From the NCBI GenBank assembly GCA_016748015.1, contig JAAOMT010000054.1, forward strand, positions 1 through 64,000: a stretch of 64,000 nucleotides of DNA, read 5' to 3'. Below the pieces are notes generated by a model. It saw nothing but the letters and a program-made list of their open reading frames with translations. It had not been told where the DNA came from and made no database searches. This DNA comes from Geosiphon pyriformis uo1. Its lineage: Eukaryota; Fungi; Glomeromycota. The position numbers were made by a program, and so were the translations under genes. This document shows, piece after piece, positions 52,699 through 64,000 of this stretch; within the stretch, counting starts at the first letter, position 1; the number at the start of each line of letters is the position of its first letter.

Positions 52699-55600
52699 CT
52701 ATTATTATAAACAATTCTTTGGTCCAACATGTTTTTAAGATAAAAAAAATTCCTGATTGGTTAATCTCAATATATTTTTTGTTTAAAAACAAAATTTTGG
52801 TTATAATTCTGAGTTTTTATGCTGATATGTCTACTGGTATGCAATTTGATTAAGCTTTTAATATTAACTTCATAATTTCTAAAGCAGTTAATTTTAGCTT
52901 TTTTATGATTCTGGGTGGTGATTTCAATAAGAATAGTTCTAAAAAAAGTGCAAGTTTTAAGAAGTGTACAGATTTGGGTCTGATTAACTTATTTAAAAAA
53001 CACTCTTTGGTTAAAGTTCCTACTTAATATAACTTTAAAGGAGCTGAAAAGATTATTAATTACATTTTTGTTAATGAAAATTTGTTGTCAATAGTTATAG
53101 TACATAAAATTAGTATTGTGTCTAAATTTTTTAACACAGATTATAAGACAGTCTTGGTTTTAATTAGATTAAGAAGTCTTTTAAATATATGTTTAAATAA
53201 TATCTGCAAGCAAACAAATAAGAATCATTAAAAGTTTAATGTTAAAGATACAAATAGTACTAAATAGACTCATTTTAAAGAATATATTTCTGTCAGATTG
53301 TCATTAATAATAGATAAATTTATAAATGCAAAGGCTTTTGGCAATTTAAATATTATATAAGATAAGGTAAAAAAGATGATAATAGATTCAACTAATTCTA
53401 CTTTTTTTAAACATTAATTTAGTAAGTTTAAATGTTCAATAAATAGACAATTATCAAAGTTTCTTGGGCTAAAATTATTGATTGCCAAGATTGTAAAAAG
53501 TTTAGAAATAGGCAATAGGCTTGAGTATAATTGCTTTCTTAAAAGATGATCAATAATTAATGACAAATCAGCTTTTAAGGTTGATTTTATGATTTAGAAT
53601 AGTACAACTTTAATAGAAACTATTAAACAATTGTTAATAATCAGAAAAAAATATAAAAGATTCAAGTATTATAAATCAAAAATTGCCAGAAATATGGCTA
53701 TTAAGAAAGCAATTAAAAAATAAATGGAAAATTTTAGTTTTGATAAGGAAAGTATAATTAAAAGTGTTTTGAATTGGTCTTTTTATAAAACAATCTTGAA
53801 TTATTTGGTGATTGAAGAGAATTTGGTATTAGAATTAAAAGAGGTAAAACACAAAGTTGATAAAATTAGAGTAGATTGGATAAGAAAATACAGAATGCTC
53901 TTAGTGCTGTCTATTACATAATTATAACAATATGTATTATTAAGTTATATAAAAAAAAATGCTTTTACTAAAGTCATAAATGATATTGATACACATAAGT
54001 TGGTCATGATAATTAAAGATCTGCTGAATAACAAGGCAGTTAGTTTGTTTGGTATATTAAATAAACTAAAAAAGTATTACTATAATAAAATAATGAATTG
54101 CTTGCTAAGTTTATTGAATTTTTGTCTGGCTTTTAGTAAAGTTCTAACTTTTTAAAAAAGAGTGTGAGTCTCTATAATTTCTAAGTTATATAACTAAAAA
54201 GATGTTTTAACAAATATACAGTCTATTGTTTTTATCAATGCTGCTATGAAGATATTTTCTAAGATTTTGTTTAATCATATTTTATATGCTTGTACTAAGT
54301 ATAATATTTTTTAAGGTAACAAATTTTTGGTCTTAAAAAGAATTTTGACTTAATTTCCTATGTTTTCAGTTAGGTTAGTAATAGAAAATGCTTTAGAAAA
54401 GAATAAAAAAATCTGATTAGTTCTGCAAAATATGTGTAAAACTTATAATTTAGTTAAATAATAATACTTAAAGGCTAATTTAAAGTAAATCAAGATATGT
54501 AACAAATTTATTAAGTTTTTTGAGAACATATATGCTAATATAATCAACAGAGTAATGACTGATTTTGGTCTCTTAGATAAGTATAGGATGCTAAATAAAC
54601 TGGATCAGAGTGAAGTTTTTTTACCACTCTTGTAGAAAATCTTTTATGACTCTTTGTTGTATAAAGTTAAAAAACAGAAGCATTTGTGTAAATATAGAAT
54701 TAACATGAATTTTGTGGTAAAAACAGACAAGATTAAGACAAGTAGTAATAGATCTTCTTTCTTTATAACAAGTGTTTTTGTTGATAATACAATTTAGATG
54801 AAAAATAGTCAGATCTTAATACAACATATTTTGAATATTGTTAGCAAATTTTTTGAGATTAATAATATTTCTATTAACAATGACAAAACTGTGGTAATTT
54901 TGATTAATTAAAAAGTTATGAATGCTTTTTTACATATTAGTGGTTAGTCAATTTCAATAGCTAAACAGAATAAGTTTCATAAGTATTTGGGCATTTTTTT
55001 ATCTACAGAAGGCTTGTCTAAATCCAGTCTTGCCAAAGCATATTTGAACATTAAGTTCTTTTCTAACTTGGTTCTCAGAAAAATATTGTCAAATAAACAA
55101 TTTTTTTATTTGGTCTCATCAGTTTTGCAGTTCATTATTAACTACTAAATGTAGTTTAATTTTATGTTTAAAAGTATATGTTTGAAGTAAGATGTTATGT
55201 TGAAAAAAAAACTTAAGTCTAAGACTAACTTGCTAAGGAATTTTTTTAATGAAATTTTGTATTGCTTTTCATTCTATGGATTGAAAACATTTAAACAGTT
55301 GTAGACGAAAAAGAAGATTGCTTTATTAATTGGGTTTTCTAATGTGCCTAGAACTTTTGGCCAATTGTTTAACTATTATTTTCTGGATTTACAAGTTTTT
55401 GAATTGGGCTCTATTAAATTTTCTGCAATATCTTGTTAGATTAAGAGTCAATTTTGTAAACAATTTTTTGGCAGGTATTGTAAAAATTTTTTTAAATAAC
55501 AGAATTTTTTTGGCCAATAATCTGCCCAGTATATTTTATGGTGCTAGATACTTTCTTATATCAAAAATTTTGAAAAACTATTTCTTTTATGATGTGGTTT

Positions 55601-57322
55601 TTCTTTAAAGCAATTTGGTATTGTTTTTAATAACAAATTATTAGACAAGCATAAATCAATAATAAATTAAAAGATTTTTTGCTACTGAATAAAGTTGAGT
55701 CCTAGAGATTTAGTGCCTTTATAATTTATAAAAGCTTTAGTTTATATAGATAGACATTGTGGTAAAGCTGATAAAATTGTTCACAATTCTGTTTGTTTAA
55801 ATTTCATTCATTCAAGTGGTTTTTTGGACATTTGGAAACATTTATATAAATTATAAACTAGTGCTTTTAACATTTATACAAATAGTTTTTTGAAACAATT
55901 AAGTACTATTAAGATTGCTGGTAGAGCAGCAGCATATTTTATTAATGTTAAGATAAATATAGGTATTAAAATACATGAATTGCTGTCTTTTATTATGTCA
56001 GAACTTCAAGCTATTGCTTTAATTTTAAAATATGTGTCTTTGTTCTGCTTGGTAGTTATATACACAAACAATCAAACAGTTTTGAATATATGTGTTCTAA
56101 AATTTAAAATGTGTTCCAGAATTCAAAATGTATCAATCAGACTTCAAAAATAAATGCCGAATAAAAAGATATCATATATTTAATTTAGGTAAGACTAAGA
56201 ATATTTCTGTTAAATAAGTGAAAATCAAGGGTTATTTGAAAAATATTGGCAATAATAGGGCTAATATTCTTGTAGACAATATAGCACACTCTGGTTTTGT
56301 TCTTTTTAAAAGAATTTATAATAGGTTTATTATGACTGATAGTTAAGTTGTTTTAAGAAATACTTACTACTTTGTTTGGGACATTTATAGAACTGTTTGT
56401 TGTGCTCAGTAGGAAGCTGGTTTGGATGCTAAGATTATAAATAAAACAATAATTAGGAAATTGAACTGGATTAATACTACTACAATATAATATTTAGACT
56501 TATATATGCTCTTAAAATTTATTAACAGAGCTTCAGCCATTTTTTGCATATATTTGATAAAAATGGTTTATTAGAAACTGCCAGTTGCTATTAGAAAAAG
56601 ACTTTATGACAAAAATTATCTTAGAGTATTATGCTTAATATGTAAAGATATCAAACTATCTGATCATGTTTTTATTTGCTCAAATAAAGTGGTTGTACAT
56701 TCTGATATTTTGGTAAATTATGTTAAATTATGAAAATTTTTGGTGGTTGGTTGCTTTCCATTATTGTTTTTGGTAATATGTACTCTCTTTTCTAAGATAT
56801 TAAATATTGGTATTTATGCATATTTGTGTAAATATTTCATTTTTAAGAACTGAATAGAGAAGACCACCATATATTTTAATAATAGAAAAAAGGCTGGATT
56901 GGTAATAGTTGATTTTGTTTGCTATTTGGCTAAGAAACACCAGAATAAGTTGTGGTTATTTAGAGCAAAATTTAAAGCAAACATGAAAAAAAATGGTTTA
57001 ATTAGTAATACAAGGGAAGTTTTCAGTCTTTTTTGTGATAAATTTAATTGTCTGTTGGTAAGAGTTGTTTATTTGCTTGAAGTTATTGAGTCATTTATTG
57101 TAAGTTTTGATTTGTATAAGACTTGTTCTTTTTTTCTGGTGTTTGTAATAATATAAAAATATATATAAGTATATAATATTGTTTTAATTAGTCTGAGTAG
57201 TTAGTTACATGTAATAAGCATATGAGCTATATTTAGTTGGATTTACTTAGCTTGTTTCTGTACTCTAAATAGTGATTGGGCTGTACTTGTTAAATGAATA
57301 ATAAAAAATAAAAAATAAAAAA
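52699..57322 (+). mobile_element. Degenerate non-LTR retrotransposon LINE2 (APE-RT-RNase H-Cys/His), 5' part missing, A-rich tail
   Basis: LGGDFN (~52911-52928), FVDN(D) RT motif (~54777), KYLGIFLS, RNase H SELQAIAL (~56000), LPVAIRKRLY..CLIC....DHVFIC, tail at 57297-57322. Confidence 0.85.
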
Positions 57323-57341
57323 TTGTTTTTAATATTTAATA

Positions 57342-58720
57342 TTTTTTTTTTAATTACTATTTAATACAATACAATTATCTAAAGTTCTAAATTAAACATG
57401 ATTTACAGGTTTGCTACATATAACCAATCACTTAGTTAATTAAAGCAACATTATGTAACTATGTTGATAAAAATATTCTTAACTGCACTAGTAAAAAACA
57501 AATAACCAATTCTTAAGCCAAAACTAACAGCAATACTTTTTTCAATTCCCAACAAATAAGCAATGTCATTTAAAATTCCAGCAAATAAGTTACAAACAAC
57601 ATCAAACATAAAGCCATTTTTAATTAACAATCTTTTGCAATCTATATTAATCCAAAGTTTTAAATTAGAAACCCAAATTCACTCTCTATAGCCAACAATT
57701 AGACTTTAAACAAATTCAACTAATTTAAATATAGCAAGCTTAGTGTTTTTAAAATAGGTCTTAATCTTTAACAACCAATTTTTTAAAACAAAACTTTTAC
57801 AAAAAACTGTATATTTGCCAATATCTAATATATATTTAGCCAATAACTAAAAAACTACAGACAAAGCAAAATTTGCACTAATTATAGATCTCTATAATAA
57901 ATAGTGTTTATTTAATATTTTTTAATAAGTAAAAAAATCTGAGTTGTAAGTAAAACTATAATATAAAAACTTTATCTTATTACAATATATGTATAATATA
58001 CTTGGATATCTGTGATTATATAAGTGCTTTTAGACAACTATTGGCAACTTTTTATGTAAAGTTTTTATTAAGTATATTTACAAATTAGAAGTTCTGCTTG
58101 TGTATTTAATAGCCATATAAAAGTTAAGATACCAAACAGAAACTGTGTGCTTTTAATTAAAGTTGCCAATACAGAAAAGATTCATAACACCAAAACCAGG
58201 TCTAGTTTCTTATTAAAAATGTCCTATAGTATTATTTATGTTTCTTATAAAGTAATAAATATTGTTAGATACTACTTTGTTACTAACCATTAAAATTTTT
58301 TTCTTAATATTAACTAAAAAAATGACTCTTAAAAACATAGTTTAGTCTGTCAATTTGTTAACATATTTATTGTTTAATATTCTAAAATAACTCTTTATCT
58401 TAACTTATGCTACCAAAATACTTTTATTCTTAATTATGTTGCTAATCTGGTAATATTCAATCTAGCACCTATTATAAAAATCAGAAACCACCAGTTTTAA
58501 TTCAGCTTAACACATATCCAAAAAAACTTGACTGTTAGAAAAAATTTTCACTTTAAAACAAGCCAGAATACACTTAAAAGTTAGAACAATAGTCTGAAAT
58601 TTAGCCAGTATTGAAGATAACAATTCATAAATTTCTATTCTTATAGACAAGTTTAAGTTAAAAAAATAAGCAACTATACCATTTATAATATTAGAAGATC
58701 CAAAGTTCTTAACTATTTAA
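57342..58720 (-). mobile_element. LINE3, 3' fragment (RNase H to tail) of the same clade, tail-to-tail with LINE2
   Basis: Reverse strand ELLSSILAKFQTIVL, LPIVV*KHLYNHRYPSIL, related 3' UTR, T-run at 57342-57352. Confidence 0.72.
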
Positions 58721-59700
58721 TATATTATAATTTTAATATAAGTTTAAATATATAAACCAAATTTAATATATATTATTTTATTATATATTATTAAATATAT
58801 AATCAGAATTTATTTATTTATTAATGTTTTTAAATAAATACTTTGTTTTTTAAAAATTTATAACTGAAATAAATTTATTTTTAATAATATAAAAATGGCT
58901 TTAAAAATAGATAACTTAGTTTATTATTTAATAATTAATTATAAAAAGCAAATTTAATTACTTAATTTTAAATTTAGAATTAACATATATAAAAATTTGT
59001 TATTATATAATAATTTAATATTTGTTATTAAACAATAAATTTTTAATTTTTTGTTAAATAAAATAATATGACTTTTTAAAATTCTAAAAAATTTTGTTAT
59101 AAGTTTAATTTATAAAAGAAATATTTATTTTTTTTGGATTTAATAATAAAGTTTTGATTAATATAGTTGTATAGTATAGTTTTAATTAATATAAATGGCC
59201 AATTATATATAAAATTTTAAGTTATTGTATTATATTAAATAGTAATTGAATTTTACTTATTAAATTAAATAAAAAAATATAAATATATATATATTTTTTA
59301 AAATATCAAATAAAATATTATAAAATATTATATTTTAATTGAAATAAAATCAAAAAATAATTGTATTAATAATTTTATAAACGTTTTATTAAAAAAATGT
59401 AATTTAATAATTTATTTAATTTTTTAAAAATAAAATAACAAGTTAAACATATTTATTATTTTAATAATTCAAAATTAAATATTTTGAATAAAATTTCTAT
59501 TTATTAAAAAATAAATTGTGTATTTTGTTTGATAATTAAATAATTGCATTTTAAAAAAAATTATTTTTCCAATAACTATATTTGTAATTAATTTGATTTT
59601 TTTAAAAATACTTTATATATATGTTTAAATATTGTAAACAATAATAATTATTCAAATAAAATATAAAAAACTGTTAATTATAGTTAATTTAAACTAAAAA
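58720..59700. other. Extremely AT-rich, fully decayed right border of the island
   Basis: Almost only A/T; ends abruptly where CpG-containing DNA resumes. Confidence 0.7.
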
Positions 59701-61131
59701 TAACACTGGAATTAGTTGAAAATTTAAATTAATTAATAACAGATTTAGTGCAATGACATTAATATTAAAATCAGTAATAAAAAAAGATATCAAGATACCT
59801 GCAATCGAATCACTCAATTCAACATCTGATCTGTAAGATCTTTGTTCCAGGAATAGCAAGATAATTCTTTGTTCTATCATGTTATGAGTCAATGTTTTAT
59901 TTAATTCACCATAATTGTAAATAATGCTGTAATCCAAACTCATCTTTGACGCATCAATCAAAATATTTCCAATGGGTTTCTCAAAATCCGCTGAGAACTA
60001 GTCTTTTTCAAGGCTTCGATAATTGCGGAGGACCAGAATGAGAACCGAACTGAGCTTTTATAAAGGGTGATCATTTTTCAATGATTTCATAAGATTAGAT
60101 GATATGTGATTTCAAAAGGCTGTTTGGAAGTTCCCGCTGTTACTCATTTAAGAATAACGGATTTTGACGCAACTTTATCAATTTTCTAATTCCCGCCTTT
60201 GTAAAATAAGTCGTAATATTGCGTTTTCTTTCTATTTCGTGAACAATAGCAATGTAAAAATGGCAATTTCATAAACGTGGGATGGCATTCTGCTGGCATA
60301 TAACCATTTGGCGTTGATATTGATATCAAAACAATGCACAAAATGTGGTGGAATTAAATATGCAATCAAGTGTTGGGGAGGCCTCATGGCTCATTAAAAT
60401 CGCATGCTAATTCTTTTTCAGCTTACAAAAAGAGCACATCGGTATTGAAATTTTTATTTTCTTATTCGTTTTAGATGCTTTTTGAGGCGGGTTTTGATGA
60501 ATAACTCGACGGCAAAGAGAAAACTCAAATGCATAGTGACCTTTATGGTGAAACGTAAATATGGAGAAAATGAACTTGCATTGTTAGGAGTTTCAGATAA
60601 TTTTTCAAGTTGGTCTGCCCCAAATGAATCAAAAGGTTTTTGACTTTTAAAAAATGTCTGGTGTTTGGCATATGATCATGATGTTGGTGGTTGCTCAAGA
60701 TAGGTAGATAAAGGGGCGACGCCTAAAGATCTTCAACAGGAAATCTTGACCTAAAAATATTTGCTAGAAAGAACTAATTACGCCCCTAACTGCGTTTTTA
60801 CCCCCAACATCACGCGAAAAAAGAATAAAAATAACGTGCTGTTTCGAAATTTTTAATTTTAATTTTTAAAAATCTTGTTTCTCATTCAAGTCACCTGACC
60901 TAGCTATTAACTTCTCCTTTCTCTTCTCATATTCCCGCGATAGATTTGTAAATATAGCAGAGGGAATTTTTGTTTGCGGTTTAATTTTGGTTGTTTGAAC
61001 GAAAAAACTACCCGGCTTGCTTTGTAGCCTTTATTTTTCTCAAAAAAAAAAAGTTGCTGCTCAAAAATTCTAAAAAACAAAACAAAATCTTATTTTGACA
61101 ACTGTAAACCGGGATTTCAAAGTTTGTAACC

Positions 61132-63066
61132 ATGTTTGAAGCGCTTAATCAGGGTAACGAGTATGATGGACTTTGGGAAGGTGAATACCTGCACTAAAAC
61201 GGCTTTATTAGAGTTTTTCTTAATTTTTAACCACCTGAATACAATCAATGACCTGTTTCTCGTTGTTTGTATGCTTTTTGGCCAACTTTCACACGTTTTC
61301 TACTCCTTATGACGTTCTTTTTTGGTTACAGGTAAAATTTCCACTGGAGGTTTCAGATCTAATGTGAATCCTCGTTTTTAAGAATAAACTTTTATCACAA
61401 TAGGAGACGCAGATGAACAAACTTTACTTTTAAATGTTGTCGGACCGCCTCAAAATTTTGTCTCTAAATGGATAAGTTCTGGTTGGCGAAGGGTATTTGT
61501 TTTAAATATTTTACCAGTCTCAGTGGTACGTATATAATACGCTTTCCTGTCAATGTCAAATTGGTTTTAATTTTAAATAAATAATAATTTATTTCTCTGA
61601 AAATTCTAAAGGTTTTAATATGGGTATCTGTTCCATTACCTTCATATGATCCCAATTCCACTCCTGATGCTGATGGTAGTTTGGTATGGAACAAAAATGT
61701 CAACAACGAAGTGATGAATATAAGCAATTCGTTTAATAATACCATCATTATGCCTGTAACCTCCAATACAACACTCACGCATCTTCCATCAACTCCACAT
61801 TTACCACCAGTTGAAATCAATTTTTGGTATTTTCTATTTTTCTATTACGGATTTTACAACGCAGTAGCACTGCTACTCATCACCAAAATCTTTGATCTTT
61901 ATTCTCTAAATTGGTGGCCTCGATGGCTGGGTGGAGTATTTACATACACAGTATTTTGGATGCTTTCATTGGCGCTGGGTGTTGTCATTTATCTATTCAC
62001 CGGCTTGGAAAAATATACTTTGACCTGGGTTTTGCTCACTTTCTTGACAATGGCAATGCCACTATTAGTAGCTTTTATCGTAATTCGATCACAAAATCGA
62101 AACACATATCGACATTCTCTTACATTGGCTCAAAAAACTTTTCTCGAAAGACAATTACAATATCGTATTCCAGCATCTTATATTCGATTTCTATGGTTCT
62201 GTGCAGCATTATTTATCGCACTTTTTGCTTTAATAGCGGGTGAAGGGTATGCTTACGTTTTTCTCTCATCACTACCTCACAATGGCTGGGATGGTTTAAT
62301 TTACGTGTATTCATGGGTTGCTACAATTTATATACTCGATTCCCTTACCGACTATATTATTGAAAGTCGAATCAGATCTTATCCCTTATCTTGCACCTTC
62401 AAACTTTACTTTTTTATGATTTATTTTATTTTTTATCGAAATTTATTTGCTCGTTTACGATCTTGGGATCAATTTATTCTTGTTCAAGTGGGAAGCTCTC
62501 TCTGGGTATGCATTTTTTACCCACTTTGCATGACACGAGTTGTATATATGGCACTAGTTTATTTTGCAGGCGTGACGAAAACCTATGATCAATACAAAAA
62601 GCAACTGGGTCGATCCTTTTTCCTTCGAAATACCGCTGAAAATGCTACAATGTTGGGATTTCTTTGTTGGGTTATCATACTCCATTTTGGACCGAATAAG
62701 AGGGCCTATCCTTACTTCCAATTTGATGACGGCACCCTCTATACTTTCAACCTCACATTCAAAGCCAGTTGTGGAGTTTGGGTTAGTGAACTTATAAGTA
62801 CCTATATAACGCGACAGATATTCAGAAGGGTTTTTAAGCATAGTGTCAGTTTGGAGGCTGCGATAGATTTTGAGACTTACCCCGAGTTGTTGGTAACTAT
62901 GGTTTTGGTGATAATACACATATTACAGGTAATTTTTGAAATTATTAATTAAAATTATTTCATGATATCTAATTTCTCGATACAACACTTTCAGGATATG
63001 TTGTTAGCCACTCTGAAATTGAATTTTGAAGGTGGCAAATCTGTAGTACCTGCTCCACACTTATAG
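61132..63066 (+). CDS. Uncharacterised multi-pass membrane protein; exons 61132-61180, 61404-61525, 61612-62928, 62995-63066
   Basis: Long hydrophobic ORF (INFWYFLFFYYGFYNAVALL..., many TM-like helices); GT-AG introns join in frame; 5' exons less certain. Confidence 0.8.
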
Positions 63067-64000
63067 TTTCGCGTTTTTACTCTTTACAAACAATTTTGGA
63101 CATGGCTAGGTTATATTAGGAAATAGAAATATGGAAAATCTATGAACTATGAAGGGTAGGGACGTTTATCTTTTGCGCTTTTGGTTTAATTCGAATTTTA
63201 AACCTCGATACTTGAAGTTTGATATAGCCATTAATTATTAGTAATGGAAATTCGCAACCATTCACAGACTTTTTGTCCATTTTTAAAAAACACATCTCAA
63301 TTACATAGAGGTTTTTGTACAAAGTCATAGTAATCCTCTTTTGTTAAATACATTAAAACAATACTTTGTAAATTCATTCATTTACTGTTGTTATTTTCTT
63401 TTCATATGGTTAAAAGTAATTAAAGTAGTAAAAAAACTGAATTTCAATTTTTGTCAATATTGATAAAATTTTAGGCTAACAATATTTAATAGCATTTTTA
63501 TATACAAAGAGTAAAATATTACTTTTTTTATAGTAATTAATAAAGTTTCAACATGAAAAGATTTCTTTGTTATTAAAGCAATTAGACAAAATATCTTAAC
63601 AATATTTTTTTTAAATATTAATAGTAAAAAACTGTCTTTGATAACTTTTGAAATATTTTTTTTACTTTTAACAAGTGGTTTTTTCCAGTTAAAATTTATT
63701 CTAAAAGACATATTTGAATTAGTTTTAATGTTGTTTTTACTTTTTTTAAAAGCCCAAAATTTTTTAATAATAGGCCAATTAACAAGTCATTACTCTTATT
63801 ATTATTTTACAAATAACCAAAAAACTCAAAAAATCCAAAAAACAGCAACAGTTACTTATAACTATTATTATTATATTAAACTTTTTTGTAATTTTAGATA
63901 AAATTTTTATAACAGCAATTAGAATATTTTTTAAAATAAACCAAAATTAATTGTTAATTATATTGTCAAATATAGTATTTTTTAACAGATTATTAGTGAT

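Noticed and set aside
7586-57322. Whole island as one giant TIR/Starship-like element bounded by inverted LINEs
   Set aside because: The arms are diverged LINE copies with poly-A tails; no transposase or tyrosine recombinase and no TSD seen

Overview
Eukaryotic, intron-containing fungal DNA. It most resembles an early-diverging Mucoromycota/Glomeromycotina genome such as Geosiphon; this is inferred from gene style and TE families, not verified. Three host genes flank a ~53-kb transposon island: a bZIP transcription factor (+, 467-2082), a convergent kinesin-10/KIF22-like chromokinesin (-, 2961-6471) and a multi-pass membrane protein (+, 61132-63066). The island (~6.8-59.7 kb) is AT-rich and almost CpG-free, and all its ORFs are broken by C>T/G>A changes. 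It resolves into three copies of an RNase H-bearing LINE, three non-chromovirus Ty3/Gypsy families (called A, B, C here) and two solo LTRs. Two B copies are full length with 4-bp TSDs. The nesting is mirror-like (LINE<A<C on both sides) around one breakpoint at ~19537. Main points: (1) all three Gypsy families carry a related, non-env accessory ORF after integrase that reads through the polypurine tract into the 3' LTR; (2) families A and C carry a Cys-rich domain plus dUTPase between protease and RT; (3) the island shows RIP-like transition hypermutation that is not confined to CpG; (4) family B targets ATAY, including the TATA-like box of another LTR. All coordinates were read by eye, and boundaries in decayed regions are approximate.
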